Assembly (NCBI GenBank): GCA_002421665.1
Contig: DISH01000004.1
Span: forward strand, 152,025 to 216,024
Source: Candidatus Omnitrophica bacterium UBA6215
GTDB lineage: Bacteria > Omnitrophota > Gorgyraeia > Pluralincolimonadales > Pluralincolimonadaceae
DNA length: 64,000 nt
Direction: 5' to 3'
Of this stretch, positions 21,768 through 31,760 are shown in pieces (position 1 is the first letter of the stretch; the number at the start of each line of letters is the position of its first letter). The notes beneath the pieces are model-generated. The model was not told the DNA's origin and searched no databases. It worked only from the letters and a program-made list of their open reading frames with translations. The position numbers and the translations under genes are program-made.

Positions 21768-22494
21768 CCCTTTGCTGCTTTATGGCAAGAATGCCGTGGT
21801 CGAACGCCTGAAGGCGAACATGAGGGGCGTCAGGAAAGTTATAATCTCGGAAGAATTTGAGGATGCCTCTGCGCTTGAATTGATAAAGGCAAGACGGATC
21901 CCCGTACAAAAAGTCTCCGCCAAGGATATGCTCAAGATGAAACGGACCGAAAGAGCCCAGGGGATAATCGCCGAGGTAGATCCGTTCAGGTATTCGCCGT
22001 TCGAGGAACTTATCCTGGCTCCAAAGGAGGAGAGGCTTTCCTTTATATTCCTCGATGAGGTCACGGATCCGCAGAATCTCGGGGCGATAATAAGGATAGC
22101 GGCCTGTTTCGGGGGATTCGGGATAGTGATACCCGAGAGGGGCGCCTGCGAAGTCAACGAGACCGTGCTCAATATCGCCTCAGGCGGGGATAACTACGTT
22201 CCGGTCTGCAGGATAAACAACCTGACCAATGCCCTGATACACGCCAAAAAGGCCGGATACTGGGCGGCAGGGGCGGTTGTTGAGGGAGGAGAGGACCTTA
22301 CAAAAGTTTCTTTCCCGTTCCCGCTGTGTATAGTGATGGGTTCGGAAGGCAAAGGTATACATTATGGCGTAGAGAAGCATCTGGAGATGAAGGTAACATT
22401 GCCGATGAAAGGTGCGGCGCTCTCATTCAACGTGGCGATGGCTTCGTCCGTGTTCTGCTATGAGATATCGAAACAGAAAGCCGGGACGAAGTAA
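21754..22494 (+). CDS. rlmB: TrmH/SpoU-family 23S rRNA 2'-O-methyltransferase (RlmB-like)
   Basis: SpoU substrate-binding N-terminal domain plus SPOUT motifs (LDEVTDPQNLGAIIR, IVMGSEGKG); start taken at MARSS, inside the ORF-track start at 21733. Confidence 0.75.
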   Translation: MARSSPLLLYGKNAVVERLKANMRGVRKVIISEEFEDASALELIKARRIPVQKVSAKDMLKMKRTERAQGIIAEVDPFRYSPFEELILAPKEERLSFIFLDEVTDPQNLGAIIRIAACFGGFGIVIPERGACEVNETVLNIASGGDNYVPVCRINNLTNALIHAKKAGYWAAGAVVEGGEDLTKVSFPFPLCIVMGSEGKGIHYGVEKHLEMKVTLPMKGAALSFNVAMASSVFCYEISKQKAGTK

Positions 22495-22503
22495 AGAAGA
22501 TAT

Positions 22504-23451
22504 ATGAAAGCGGTCTTTAACGAATTACCGCAGGTATTCGTAGAGAAGATAAAGGCGGCCTATCCCGCTTCCTTCCCGAAGATATGTGAGACGTTCCTCC
22601 ATAAGAAGGAGCAGACTTTCAGGGTGAATTTCCTTAAGACGACCCTCGGGTGCCTTAAAGAGGATCTTGACAGGGAAGGTATCAGGTACAGGGAGCTCCA
22701 TTGGCCTAAAGGCGGTTTTATATTGAGGTCGCAGAATAAGGAGCTCCAAAAGAGCAGGATATACGCGGACGGCGAAGTCTATATGCAAAATGTTTCAAGT
22801 ATGATACCTCCGGTCCTGCTTGGCCCGAATCCGGGAGATAAGGTCCTGGACCTTTGCGCCGCGCCCGGTGCCAAGACCAGCCAGATAGCTTCATTAGGAG
22901 GCAGGGATATCGAGATAGTGGCTTTCGAAAAGCTTGAGATCCGCTACCAGAAGCTCCTGGCCACGCTTAGGATACAGGGTGTGGATTTTGCGAAAACCGT
23001 ACCGGCTGACGGAATGGAAGCGGGCAAGAGCTATCCGGGTTATTTTGACAAAGTCCTCGTGGACGCGCCTTGTTCCGGAGAAGCCCTTTTCTATATGCGA
23101 GATCCTAAGACATTCAAGCCCTGGACCCAGAAGAGGGTACGCGACCTTTCGCATACGCAGAAGGTCCTTATATATTCAGGCCTAAGCGCGTTGAAAGAAG
23201 GCGGAGAGCTTGTATATTCCACATGCACGTTCTCCCCGGAAGAGAACGAGGAGGTTGTGGACTGGGCCCTCGGAAAATTCGAAGGCCTCAGGCTGCTGCC
23301 CGCGGATATCCCGGTGCCGAATAAGGCGCGCGGGCTTTTCTCGTGGAACGGGAAAAGATTCCATAAGGATATGGGCCTGACAGTCCGCGTCCTGCCGAAC
23401 GAGTATATGGAAGGTTTTTTTATCGCAAGGTTCAGGAAGGAAAAATCGTGA
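22504..23451 (+). CDS. NOL1/NOP2/Sun-family RNA m5C methyltransferase (RsmB/F-like)
   Basis: SAM-binding motif LDLCAAPGAKT and catalytic DAPCSGEA / TCT motifs. Confidence 0.8.
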   Translation: MKAVFNELPQVFVEKIKAAYPASFPKICETFLHKKEQTFRVNFLKTTLGCLKEDLDREGIRYRELHWPKGGFILRSQNKELQKSRIYADGEVYMQNVSSMIPPVLLGPNPGDKVLDLCAAPGAKTSQIASLGGRDIEIVAFEKLEIRYQKLLATLRIQGVDFAKTVPADGMEAGKSYPGYFDKVLVDAPCSGEALFYMRDPKTFKPWTQKRVRDLSHTQKVLIYSGLSALKEGGELVYSTCTFSPEENEEVVDWALGKFEGLRLLPADIPVPNKARGLFSWNGKRFHKDMGLTVRVLPNEYMEGFFIARFRKEKS

Positions 23452-24686
23452 AAAGGTTGGCAGTAATATTGGCGTTTGCAGCGGTCATAACTGCCGGTAT
23501 CGCAGCCAGGGTGGGCAATATAGATGAAGACGGAAACAAGAGCCCTGACGAAGCCGTATATACCGCCCAGGCAAAACGCCTTACAGGCGATAAGATCGCA
23601 GTTACAAGGGACCTCGTCAAGACATACAACGCAGATAAGGACAAGTGGCTCTATCCAAATCCAATGAGGATAGGATACCTGTGGCCGTTGTCGTATTTCA
23701 TGGAGGCTTCCGGTTTGCGCGATTACCGCGCCGGGTCCTACGTCTCGACCTTCTGCAGCGTAGTATCGCTTATCCTTATCGTTTTATTCGGCTTGAAGTA
23801 TTTCAACAAATGGATAGCGTTTTATGCCGCGCTTGCCCTGGCCGCTTCCCCGATGGAGCTGGCGGTATCGATAAGGGCCTGGCAGGACGCGGCGTGCGGA
23901 TGCCTCGGCCTTGCACTTATTTTTCTTACCGCCGGATGCGTTAAAACGAAAGGCAGGTTTACGCTGCTCATCCCGTTCGTCCTGGCCGGGACCTATTATT
24001 TTATGGTTAAGGAAGCCGGTGTCTTGCTGTATATGCTGTGCTTATTATGGTTGTTATCGTCATTGGCCCGGGAAAAGATGTTCTGCAGAATGTTGTCGGC
24101 GTTTATACTGATGCTGATCTCGGCGGCGGCGGGCGTCTCTTTTATGGCTTATGCGATGGGCGGGGCCGGTAACATGCTCGAAGTGATAAAACACATATCG
24201 GAAGCGATGCCTTTTAACGATTATGCAGTATGTTACCAATCCGGTCCGTGGCATAACGTTATCTATGGTTTATTCATCCTTAGCCCGGTGAACGTATTAT
24301 TATGTTTTGCAGGGATCTCCGGATTCATTTTCTGCCGGAAACGGTCCTGCGGGGAGGACCTTGATCGCGGGGTAACCTTTTGGCTTATGGTAATACTGGC
24401 CGTATACGTAATAGTCATGACATGGATGCCGTTCTGCCAGAATATAAGGTATCTCAGCCCCGTTTACGGCGTTTTTTATCTTGTGGCCGGTATCGGCGCG
24501 TGGTATATATACATCTATCTTAAATCTAAATTGAAAGGCGGTGCACTTAAGACTGCCGTCTGCCTGATAGCGGCGATAGCGGTATATTCAGCCGCCGGTG
24601 ATTACGCATATTTCAGGAAAGCGCTGCATAACATGAAGATAGTCGACATTACTCTAAAGGCCCTCGAATCGAGGCCGAGGTTTTAA
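23448..24686 (+). CDS. GT-C fold membrane glycosyltransferase (GT39/GT83, ArnT/PMT-like)
   Basis: 412 aa polytopic protein with an N-terminal periplasmic loop carrying D/E residues, as in ArnT/PMT; assignment by architecture only. Confidence 0.45.
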   Translation: MKRLAVILAFAAVITAGIAARVGNIDEDGNKSPDEAVYTAQAKRLTGDKIAVTRDLVKTYNADKDKWLYPNPMRIGYLWPLSYFMEASGLRDYRAGSYVSTFCSVVSLILIVLFGLKYFNKWIAFYAALALAASPMELAVSIRAWQDAACGCLGLALIFLTAGCVKTKGRFTLLIPFVLAGTYYFMVKEAGVLLYMLCLLWLLSSLAREKMFCRMLSAFILMLISAAAGVSFMAYAMGGAGNMLEVIKHISEAMPFNDYAVCYQSGPWHNVIYGLFILSPVNVLLCFAGISGFIFCRKRSCGEDLDRGVTFWLMVILAVYVIVMTWMPFCQNIRYLSPVYGVFYLVAGIGAWYIYIYLKSKLKGGALKTAVCLIAAIAVYSAAGDYAYFRKALHNMKIVDITLKALESRPRF

Positions 24687-24694
24687 CGGAAAAT

Positions 24695-26095
24695 ATGGTC
24701 GAGACAAAATGTGACCTTTGCGGTTCGGACAGTTATTATCCCGTGAGGACGGTCCAGCCTGCCGGTGATATAAAGATGAGGTTCGTGAAATGCCGCCGCT
24801 GCGGGCTTGTATACGCCAACCCCAGGCCTTCCGATGAGATCATTTTCGGGAGATTAGGCGGGGGCATGCACCGCGGTACCAGGGCAGACGCGCTCGCCGT
24901 TTTGAATACCCTCAAAAGCATAAGGAAGAGCGGTCGTCTTCTGTACGTAAGCTGTGCGGATGAACCCTTTGCGGCGCAAGCGCGCAATGCCGGCTGGGAT
25001 ATCGTCATCTCGGGTCTTTCGCAGGCTGCGGGTGCACGCAAATACCCGGATAATTACTTTGATGCCGTAGTGATCGAGGCCGTTATAGCGCGTATCCCCG
25101 ACCCGAAGGCCGTCTTGGAGGAACTCAGGAAAACCTTAAAGGCCGACGGTATACTTTATGTGAACTGCAAGGCCGGGGATGGGGCGATATATTATTTTAC
25201 CAGGGCCACGCTGGCAGGGCTGCTTGACAACTGCGGTTATTTCCCTTTGAAGATAAACGGTATTGCAGGATTGTTCCGCGGCAAGGTAGAGGCGTATTGC
25301 AGGAAGGCGCGAAAACTCGAATACCTTGACGAGCTCGAAAAACCCGCTTATTCGGACAGGAAAGATGGCGCCAGGATAATGGCCGTGCTTCCGGCTTATA
25401 ACGCCGCCGATACGCTTGAAAAGACCGTTGCCGATATCCCGAGGGACCTGGTAAGCGATATAATACTCGTTGATGACGCCAGCGGCGATAATACCGTAGA
25501 GATAGCCGAAAAACTCGGGCTCAAGGTCTACAGGCACAAGAATAGGACCGGCTACGGCGGCAACCAGAAGACATGCTATGAGAAGGCGCTTGAGCTTGGC
25601 GCCGACATCGCTATAATGGTCCATCCCGATTACCAGTATGACCCCAAGATCATACCGGAGCTGGTCGAGCCGATAATCGCGGGCAGGGCTGACGCGGTAT
25701 TTGGTTCGCGCATGATGAAGGGCGGCGCCCTTATCGGGGGAATGCCTCCCTGGAAACACAACGCTAACATACTGTTGACCGCGGTCGAGAACGTGGTCTT
25801 TGGCACCTACCTTACAGAATACCATTCCGGGTTCAGGGCCTATTCGAAGAAGGCGCTTTGCGCCGTGGATTTCAAAGAGAACAGCGATTCGTTCATATTC
25901 GATACCGAGATAATCGCACAGCTTATTGCGCATAACCTCAAGATAGAAGAGGTCCCGATCAAGACAAGGTACTTTGACGAGGCTTCCTCGATAAAACTCA
26001 TTCCGAGCATAGCTTACGGTCTCGGGATACTTTGGACGCTGTTAAAGTTCTGGTTACATACCCATACATTCGTCAAATTGCGCCAGTTCAAATGA
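24695..26095 (+). CDS. fusion of a Zn-ribbon/class I methyltransferase-like domain and a GT2 polyprenyl-phosphate sugar synthase domain
   Basis: N-terminal CxxC...CxxC ribbon plus an MTase-like fold; C-terminal GT2 motifs (VLPAYNAADTL, ILVDDASGDNT, D-x-D). Confidence 0.65.
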   Translation: MVETKCDLCGSDSYYPVRTVQPAGDIKMRFVKCRRCGLVYANPRPSDEIIFGRLGGGMHRGTRADALAVLNTLKSIRKSGRLLYVSCADEPFAAQARNAGWDIVISGLSQAAGARKYPDNYFDAVVIEAVIARIPDPKAVLEELRKTLKADGILYVNCKAGDGAIYYFTRATLAGLLDNCGYFPLKINGIAGLFRGKVEAYCRKARKLEYLDELEKPAYSDRKDGARIMAVLPAYNAADTLEKTVADIPRDLVSDIILVDDASGDNTVEIAEKLGLKVYRHKNRTGYGGNQKTCYEKALELGADIAIMVHPDYQYDPKIIPELVEPIIAGRADAVFGSRMMKGGALIGGMPPWKHNANILLTAVENVVFGTYLTEYHSGFRAYSKKALCAVDFKENSDSFIFDTEIIAQLIAHNLKIEEVPIKTRYFDEASSIKLIPSIAYGLGILWTLLKFWLHTHTFVKLRQFK

Positions 26096-26790
26096 AATTA
26101 TCTATCATTATCCCGATATATAACGAGCAGGATACCGTGGCGGACATCCTCGGGCTGATCAAAAAGGTAAAATTCCCCGTCGATCACGAGATAGTTATTG
26201 TCGATGACGCTTCAGTGGATGCCACATACCAGACCGTGATGTCCCTCGGGGACCCTGCCGGACACGAAGTGAAGGTATTCAGGAATGATGTTAACAGAGG
26301 CAAGGGATATTCGATAAGGAGAGGCATCGCGGAATCCGAAGGCGATATCATAATAGTCCAGGATGCGGATAATGAGTATGACCCGAATGACATCCCCCGC
26401 GTAATAGGGCCTATTACGGAAGGCGGACAGAAGGTCGTATACGGCAGCAGGTTCCTGGACAGGCGCCGTCCGGACGGGATGGCCATGCCTAATTTCATCG
26501 CCAACAAGTTCCTTACTTTCATCACATGCCTGCTCTTCGGTATACGTATAACCGACATGGAGACCTGTTATAAGGCATTGAGTTCCGATATAGCGAGAAG
26601 ACTTAAACTCAGGGCCAATAGGTTCACTTTTGAGCCGGAGGTCACCGCGCAGATTGCGAAACTCGGAGTAAATATCGCGGAAGTCCCCATCTCATACCAT
26701 GGAAGGAGTACCAAGCAGGGCAAGAAGATAAAGGCGCGGGATTTCTTTTATGCGGTCGGTGTCCTGATATACCAGAGGTTGTCAAGATGA
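26092..26790 (+). CDS. GT2 glycosyltransferase (dolichyl/undecaprenyl-phosphate sugar synthase-like)
   Basis: SIIIPIYNEQDT, IVDDASVDAT and QDADNEYDP motifs; ATGA overlap with the upstream gene. Confidence 0.8.
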   Translation: MKLSIIIPIYNEQDTVADILGLIKKVKFPVDHEIVIVDDASVDATYQTVMSLGDPAGHEVKVFRNDVNRGKGYSIRRGIAESEGDIIIVQDADNEYDPNDIPRVIGPITEGGQKVVYGSRFLDRRRPDGMAMPNFIANKFLTFITCLLFGIRITDMETCYKALSSDIARRLKLRANRFTFEPEVTAQIAKLGVNIAEVPISYHGRSTKQGKKIKARDFFYAVGVLIYQRLSR

Positions 26791-27104
26791 GGTCCCTTGC
26801 TGTAGTCGTGTTTGCCGCAGTGGGTTGCTACTCGGTGATTAACCTGCTTATCGGGGCAGAAGGGTCTAAAGCATGTTTTTCGGATATATCGGCGATAGAG
26901 AACGAATACCGCGCATTGAAAAGTGAGTTGCCGGGAAGGGGAACGGTCGGTTATGAGGCCGGCGGGGCCGGCAGTAAAGAATATTTCGTCGCCGAGTATG
27001 CTCTTTGCCCGCTGGTCCTGGACAGGGACGGACCGCACGAATATAACGTCAGGGTAGACGAGGGGCGGGCATCCGTAGTAAAGAACGAAGGCGCAGCGCG
27101 ATGA
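26787..27104 (+). CDS. hypothetical small protein
   Basis: 105 aa, N-terminal hydrophobic segment; coupled on both sides within the glycosylation cluster. Confidence 0.35.
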   Translation: MRSLAVVVFAAVGCYSVINLLIGAEGSKACFSDISAIENEYRALKSELPGRGTVGYEAGGAGSKEYFVAEYALCPLVLDRDGPHEYNVRVDEGRASVVKNEGAAR

Positions 27105-28489
27105 CAGGATATATAGTGTCGTTATTTATTGCCTATGGCATCGGGCACATGGTTGTCAGGATCGCTGCATCGGGCGTCCCCAGGGTCTTGCGGATTTGCC
27201 TGTCGTTTGGGACAGGCATAGGCCTGACGTCGTGCCTGTATTTTTGGTGGCTGTTGTCGGGCGCCTGCAAGTACGGATTTACTGCGTATTTTGCGGCTGA
27301 ACTGCTGGCGATACCGGTACTGTATGCCCTGGGCCCGCGGCCCGCGGTAAAATGCGCCGGTGGAACAGCAAAAGGCCGCGCAGTTTTCAGGTTTGAGCGC
27401 AAGCGCGCGGCGGTCATGGTCTTGACGGTTATTTTATTTGTTGCCGCTCTTATTTCTTCCTTGGCGGTCTTCGTCATTTTTTCTTCTGTTATTCCGAACG
27501 GGGAGTGGGATGCCTACTCAATATGGAACCTGCACGCGCGTTTCATGTTCCGGGATCCTGCGGCATGGAAGGATATGTTTAACAGCGCTTTGGAATGGAG
27601 CCATCCCGATTATCCACTCCTCATTCCGGGTTCCCTTGCCCGCTCCTGGCAGTATATAGGTTCGGAAAAACTTTTCGCCGGTCAGGCGCTATCATTCTTA
27701 TTTGTCTACGGCATGATCACTGCGGCAATTTCCGCGGTTTGGCGCTTGAAAGGGAAGATGCAGGGCCTGTTGTGCGGCTTTGCGCTGCTCTCGGCCACTT
27801 ATTTGTTCCAATACGGGTTAATGCAATATGCCGACATGCCGCTTGCTTTTTATTTCACGGCATCCGTATCGGCTTATTTACTATACAATGATTCCCGCGA
27901 TAACCCGCGGTTGCTGCTATTGGCCGGGCTTATGGCCTCGCTTGCGGCCTGGACAAAGAACGAAGGAATAGCTTTCTTTGTGATTTTTGCGCTTCTTCTC
28001 CTCATTTTGGAAAAAAAACGTTCCGACCTCAAGTATTTTGTTGCGGGCGCGTTACCGGTTATCATTACGCTGACCTGTTTCAAGATCACATGCTCATTCA
28101 GTAATGATATATTCATGGGAGCGTTTTTAGACCCCGGTAACCTGTCCCGGCTTACGGACCCGATGCGATACCTGGTATTGTTGTTCACGCTTTTTAATTA
28201 TTCATATTTCGGGGGCTATATAGGGAAATTCGGTCTTCTGATATATCTTGCCGTTGTCGGAATCTCGATGACCGCTGCGCTCAAGAAAGGGTTATTATTC
28301 GCCGCGCTGATTTATGCGGCCATGGCCGTGGTTTATTTCATGATATTCGTTATGACCCCGGCTAATCTGGAGTGGCTGGTTACCTGTTCCATGAACAGGA
28401 TATATGCGCAATTGCTGCCTATACTGTTAATGTTGTTGTTTCTCGCTGCGCGTCCGGCGGATGAGATCTTATCGGGGGGCAGGAACTGA
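27101..28489 (+). CDS. polytopic membrane protein (possible GT-C-type glycosyltransferase or polymerase)
   Basis: 462 aa, >10 predicted TM helices; lies in the glycosyltransferase cluster. Confidence 0.45.
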   Translation: MTGYIVSLFIAYGIGHMVVRIAASGVPRVLRICLSFGTGIGLTSCLYFWWLLSGACKYGFTAYFAAELLAIPVLYALGPRPAVKCAGGTAKGRAVFRFERKRAAVMVLTVILFVAALISSLAVFVIFSSVIPNGEWDAYSIWNLHARFMFRDPAAWKDMFNSALEWSHPDYPLLIPGSLARSWQYIGSEKLFAGQALSFLFVYGMITAAISAVWRLKGKMQGLLCGFALLSATYLFQYGLMQYADMPLAFYFTASVSAYLLYNDSRDNPRLLLLAGLMASLAAWTKNEGIAFFVIFALLLLILEKKRSDLKYFVAGALPVIITLTCFKITCSFSNDIFMGAFLDPGNLSRLTDPMRYLVLLFTLFNYSYFGGYIGKFGLLIYLAVVGISMTAALKKGLLFAALIYAAMAVVYFMIFVMTPANLEWLVTCSMNRIYAQLLPILLMLLFLAARPADEILSGGRN

Positions 28490-28797
28490 AGATCAAGCGT
28501 ACGGGTACTTTCTATGTATATATAGTCCGCTGTTGCGACGGCACCTATTATACCGGTTACACGCCGGACATAAAAAAGCGCGTAGAACTGCATAACAAGG
28601 GAAAGGGGGCAAAGTACACCCGCGACAGGAGGCCCGTAGAGCTTGTCTGGTATAAGGAATACAGGTATTTCAAATTGGCGTTCATGGAAGAAAAACGTAT
28701 AAAGACATTGACCCGCAGGAAGAAAGAGGAATTGATCTTTGGGAGACAGAACATGGATTCCCGCGCCGAACCCGTTACTTTCAAGTACAGTTTTTGA
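28486..28797 (+). CDS. GIY-YIG nuclease family protein (UPF0213/YhbQ-like); start codon uncertain (CTG 28486?)
   Basis: Read from sequence: ...FYVYIVRCCDGTYYTGYTPDIKKRVELHNKGKGAKYTRDRRPVELVWYKEY...KTLTRRKKEEL. The frame is open from 28465 to TGA 28795-28797 but has no ATG/GTG/TTG before the GIY-YIG motif. Confidence 0.6.
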   Translation: MKIKRTGTFYVYIVRCCDGTYYTGYTPDIKKRVELHNKGKGAKYTRDRRPVELVWYKEYRYFKLAFMEEKRIKTLTRRKKEELIFGRQNMDSRAEPVTFKYSF

Positions 28798-28821
28798 AGC
28801 TTAACCCCAGAAAGCAGAGAG

Positions 28822-29691
28822 ATGCCGGACGAGAATATCATTAAATCAATACTGCGGTTCCAAAGGGACGAAATAACCGAGGCGCGTATATACCGCAGAC
28901 TTTCCGTTATGGCGAAGAGTCCCCATAACCGCGATGTACTCGCGAGGATAGCCGATGAGGAGACCGCGCATTACGGGGTATGGAAAAGCGCTTCCGGTAT
29001 GGATGTCAAGCCGGATGGCGGCAAATACATCTTTTATGTCCTGGTCTCCATGGTCTTCGGCGTTACCTTCGGGATAAAGCTCATGGAAAGAGGGGAAAAA
29101 GGCGCGCAGGAATCTTACGGCAGGCTTTCCGCCACGGTCCCCGAAGCCGGCCGGATACAAAAGGAAGAGAACGGCCACGAGAATCTGCTTATAGGGATGA
29201 TAGACGAGGACAAGCTCAAGTATATGGGTTCGGTCGTCCTCGGTCTTAATGATGCCCTTGTAGAATTTACGGGGGCGCTCGCGGGGTTTACCTTCGCCTT
29301 GCGCGACTCCAAACTGATAGGCATGGTAGGCCTTATAATGGGGTTCTCGGCGTCGCTTTCAATGGCCGCGTCTGAATACCTTTCGACGAAGACCGAAGGG
29401 GAACAGAAGAGCCCGCTAAAAGCCTCGTTATACACAGGGGTCGCGTATGTCTTTACGGTCATCGCGCTCGTGCTGCCGTATTTCGTGATTAGCAATTGCT
29501 ATATCTCGCTTATTCTTACGATCGTATTTGCGGTCGTACTTATCTATTTCTTTACTTTCTATTACTCTGTCGTAAAGGAGATACCGTTTGCCGCGAGGTT
29601 CATAGAGATGTCCGCGATAAGCCTCGGCGTTGCGGCGTTAAGTTTCCTTATAGGGCTGGCTGTCAGGAACGTGCTGAAGGTGGATATATGA
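28822..29691 (+). CDS. VIT1/CCC1-family iron transporter with N-terminal ferritin/rubrerythrin-like domain (Er-VIT1 type)
   Basis: N-terminal EITEARIYRRL...EETAHYGVW diiron-like motif followed by a VIT1 membrane domain (GLNDALVEFTGALAG). Confidence 0.75.
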   Translation: MPDENIIKSILRFQRDEITEARIYRRLSVMAKSPHNRDVLARIADEETAHYGVWKSASGMDVKPDGGKYIFYVLVSMVFGVTFGIKLMERGEKGAQESYGRLSATVPEAGRIQKEENGHENLLIGMIDEDKLKYMGSVVLGLNDALVEFTGALAGFTFALRDSKLIGMVGLIMGFSASLSMAASEYLSTKTEGEQKSPLKASLYTGVAYVFTVIALVLPYFVISNCYISLILTIVFAVVLIYFFTFYYSVVKEIPFAARFIEMSAISLGVAALSFLIGLAVRNVLKVDI

Positions 29692-30101
29692 TATCTTACA
29701 CGGATAGATTAAGGGAAAAAGGGCTTAAGCTGACCCCTCGCAGGAAAGCGATAATCTCCCTTTTTGAGGATTGTAAAAGCCATTTGACGGCCGAAGAAGC
29801 ATGGAAAAGGCTGAAAAGGAAATTCGACCGTTGCGGTCTTCCCGGTGTCTATCGCAACCTGGAAAGCCTTGTCTATTGCGGGATCCTGACGAGGGTCCAG
29901 CAGTTTGACCGGAGGAAGCATTATGGGTTATGCACGGCTGAACACGGCAGGCACCACCACCACATTGTATGCGTAAAATGCGGCAAGGTAGAAGAAATGC
30001 CGGGTTGCGGTTTTGCAGGTAAGAAAAAGATAAAGGGATATACGGTGGTCAGCCATTATATGCAGGTCAACGGTGTCTGCGGCAGCTGTTCTGAAAAATA
30101 A
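29688..30101 (+). CDS. zur: Fur-family metalloregulator, probably Zur
   Basis: KLTPRRKAIISLF DNA-binding helix, HHHH and CVKCGK...CGSC metal sites; ATGA overlap with the VIT1 gene; directly upstream of znuACB. Confidence 0.75.
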   Translation: MISYTDRLREKGLKLTPRRKAIISLFEDCKSHLTAEEAWKRLKRKFDRCGLPGVYRNLESLVYCGILTRVQQFDRRKHYGLCTAEHGRHHHHIVCVKCGKVEEMPGCGFAGKKKIKGYTVVSHYMQVNGVCGSCSEK

Positions 30102-30159
30102 TTTTTTGCCATTATACAGAAATTATTTCCATTTATACCCAAAGACCAGGAGGTGCCAT

Positions 30160-31101
30160 ATGTTAAGGCGTGCTGTTGCCTGCGCGTTGTTTGCGCTGGT
30201 GCTCTTTGTCCCTGCCGCTTCCGCCAGGGACAGCAAGGGGAATCTCGAAGTGGTTACTACCTTATTCCCTACGTATGATTTTGCCAGGCAAGTAGGAGGG
30301 GACAAGGTTGATGTCACATTACTGCTGCCGCCCGGGGTGGAGCCGCATACCTTTGAACCGAAACCGCAGGATGTGGTAAGGATCAATAAGGCGGATGTGT
30401 TCATTTATACCGGAAGGTATATGGAACCTTGGGCAGAGAACCTGATCAAAGGCCTTTCGGACAAAGGCCCGGAAATAGTCGACGCAAGCTCCGGCATTAA
30501 ACTGATGGACGAGGAAGACGAGGAAGACGAGGAAGACGAGGAAGAACACGGCCATCACCACCACGGGGGTAAAGACCCTCATATTTGGCTTGACCTCGGG
30601 AACGCACAAATAATGGTTGAGACCATTGCCGGGGCATTCGCCGGAAAAGATCCTGCCAACGGGGCTTATTACCTGAAGAATGCCGGGGAGTATAATGCGA
30701 AACTGGCGGACCTCGACAGGCGGTATAAAGAGACGCTTGCCAAGGCGAAATATAAGACTATAATATATGGCGGGCATTTCGCTTTCGGGTATTTTGCCAG
30801 GAGATACGGCCTGGAGCATGATTCGCCCTATGAGGGTTTTTCCCCGAACGCCGAACCCAGCCCGAAGGCGATCGCGGAACTGATCAAAAAACTCAGGGAG
30901 TCGGGGGTAAAATATATCTATTACGAGGAATTGCTCGATCCGAAGGTGGCCAGGACCATATCGCAGGAGACGGGTGCGAAGCTTGAGTTGCTACATGGCG
31001 CGCACAATGTCTCGAAGGACGAGCTTAAGGCGGGAGTGACTTACATCAGTATAATGGAAGATAACCTGAATAAACTTAAAGTGGGGTTGGAGTGCCGGTA
31101 A
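30160..31101 (+). CDS. znuA: zinc ABC transporter substrate-binding protein ZnuA
   Basis: Signal peptide, cluster-9 SBP fold, acidic/His-rich loop DEEDEEDEEDEEEHGHHHHGG; GGAGG RBS before ATG 30160. Confidence 0.88.
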   Translation: MLRRAVACALFALVLFVPAASARDSKGNLEVVTTLFPTYDFARQVGGDKVDVTLLLPPGVEPHTFEPKPQDVVRINKADVFIYTGRYMEPWAENLIKGLSDKGPEIVDASSGIKLMDEEDEEDEEDEEEHGHHHHGGKDPHIWLDLGNAQIMVETIAGAFAGKDPANGAYYLKNAGEYNAKLADLDRRYKETLAKAKYKTIIYGGHFAFGYFARRYGLEHDSPYEGFSPNAEPSPKAIAELIKKLRESGVKYIYYEELLDPKVARTISQETGAKLELLHGAHNVSKDELKAGVTYISIMEDNLNKLKVGLECR

Positions 31102-31760
31102 AGATAGTCGAGATAAAGAATGTCAGTGTCCGTTACGGCGGAGTAGAGGCCCTTTCCGGGGTCACTATCGATGTCGAGGCGGGCGATTATGTAGGGATAG
31201 TCGGTCCCAACGGCTCAGGCAAGACGACATTGGTCAGGGCAATACTGGGTCTTGTGCCGTTCGAAGGGAAGATCCTTTTTGGCGGGGGCAGGCGCTTATT
31301 CGAATTCACATCAGGCCAGCATATCGGATACCTGCCCCAGAAGATGTCGTCTTTGGACCAGCGTTTCCCGGCTACCGCGATGGAGATAGTCGTCTCCGGG
31401 GTATATTGCTGCAAGCGTTTTCCCAAGCGCCTTACGCATGAGGACTACATGGCTGCGGGAGAGGCCATGAAGGCGCTTGGCGTCGAAGATCTCGCCGGAC
31501 GCAATATCGGGAAACTTTCCGGGGGTCAGCAGCAGCGCGTACTGCTGGCAAGGGCATTGGTCCACCACCCGAGGTTATTGATACTTGATGAGCCTACCGT
31601 CGCGCTCGACTCGCGCTCGAGAGAATCGTTCTACTCTACCGTCGAATACCTCAATAAGCAGCAGGGCGTTACCGTAATTATAGTTTCACATGACCTCGAT
31701 ACGGTGCGCAAATATGCGACCAAGATCATACACCTGGACAGGGAGGTACTGGCGGCATGA
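31092..31760 (+). CDS. znuC: zinc ABC transporter ATP-binding protein ZnuC
   Basis: Walker A GPNGSGKTT, signature LSGGQQQR, Walker B LILDEP. Confidence 0.9.
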   Translation: MPVKIVEIKNVSVRYGGVEALSGVTIDVEAGDYVGIVGPNGSGKTTLVRAILGLVPFEGKILFGGGRRLFEFTSGQHIGYLPQKMSSLDQRFPATAMEIVVSGVYCCKRFPKRLTHEDYMAAGEAMKALGVEDLAGRNIGKLSGGQQQRVLLARALVHHPRLLILDEPTVALDSRSRESFYSTVEYLNKQQGVTVIIVSHDLDTVRKYATKIIHLDREVLAA

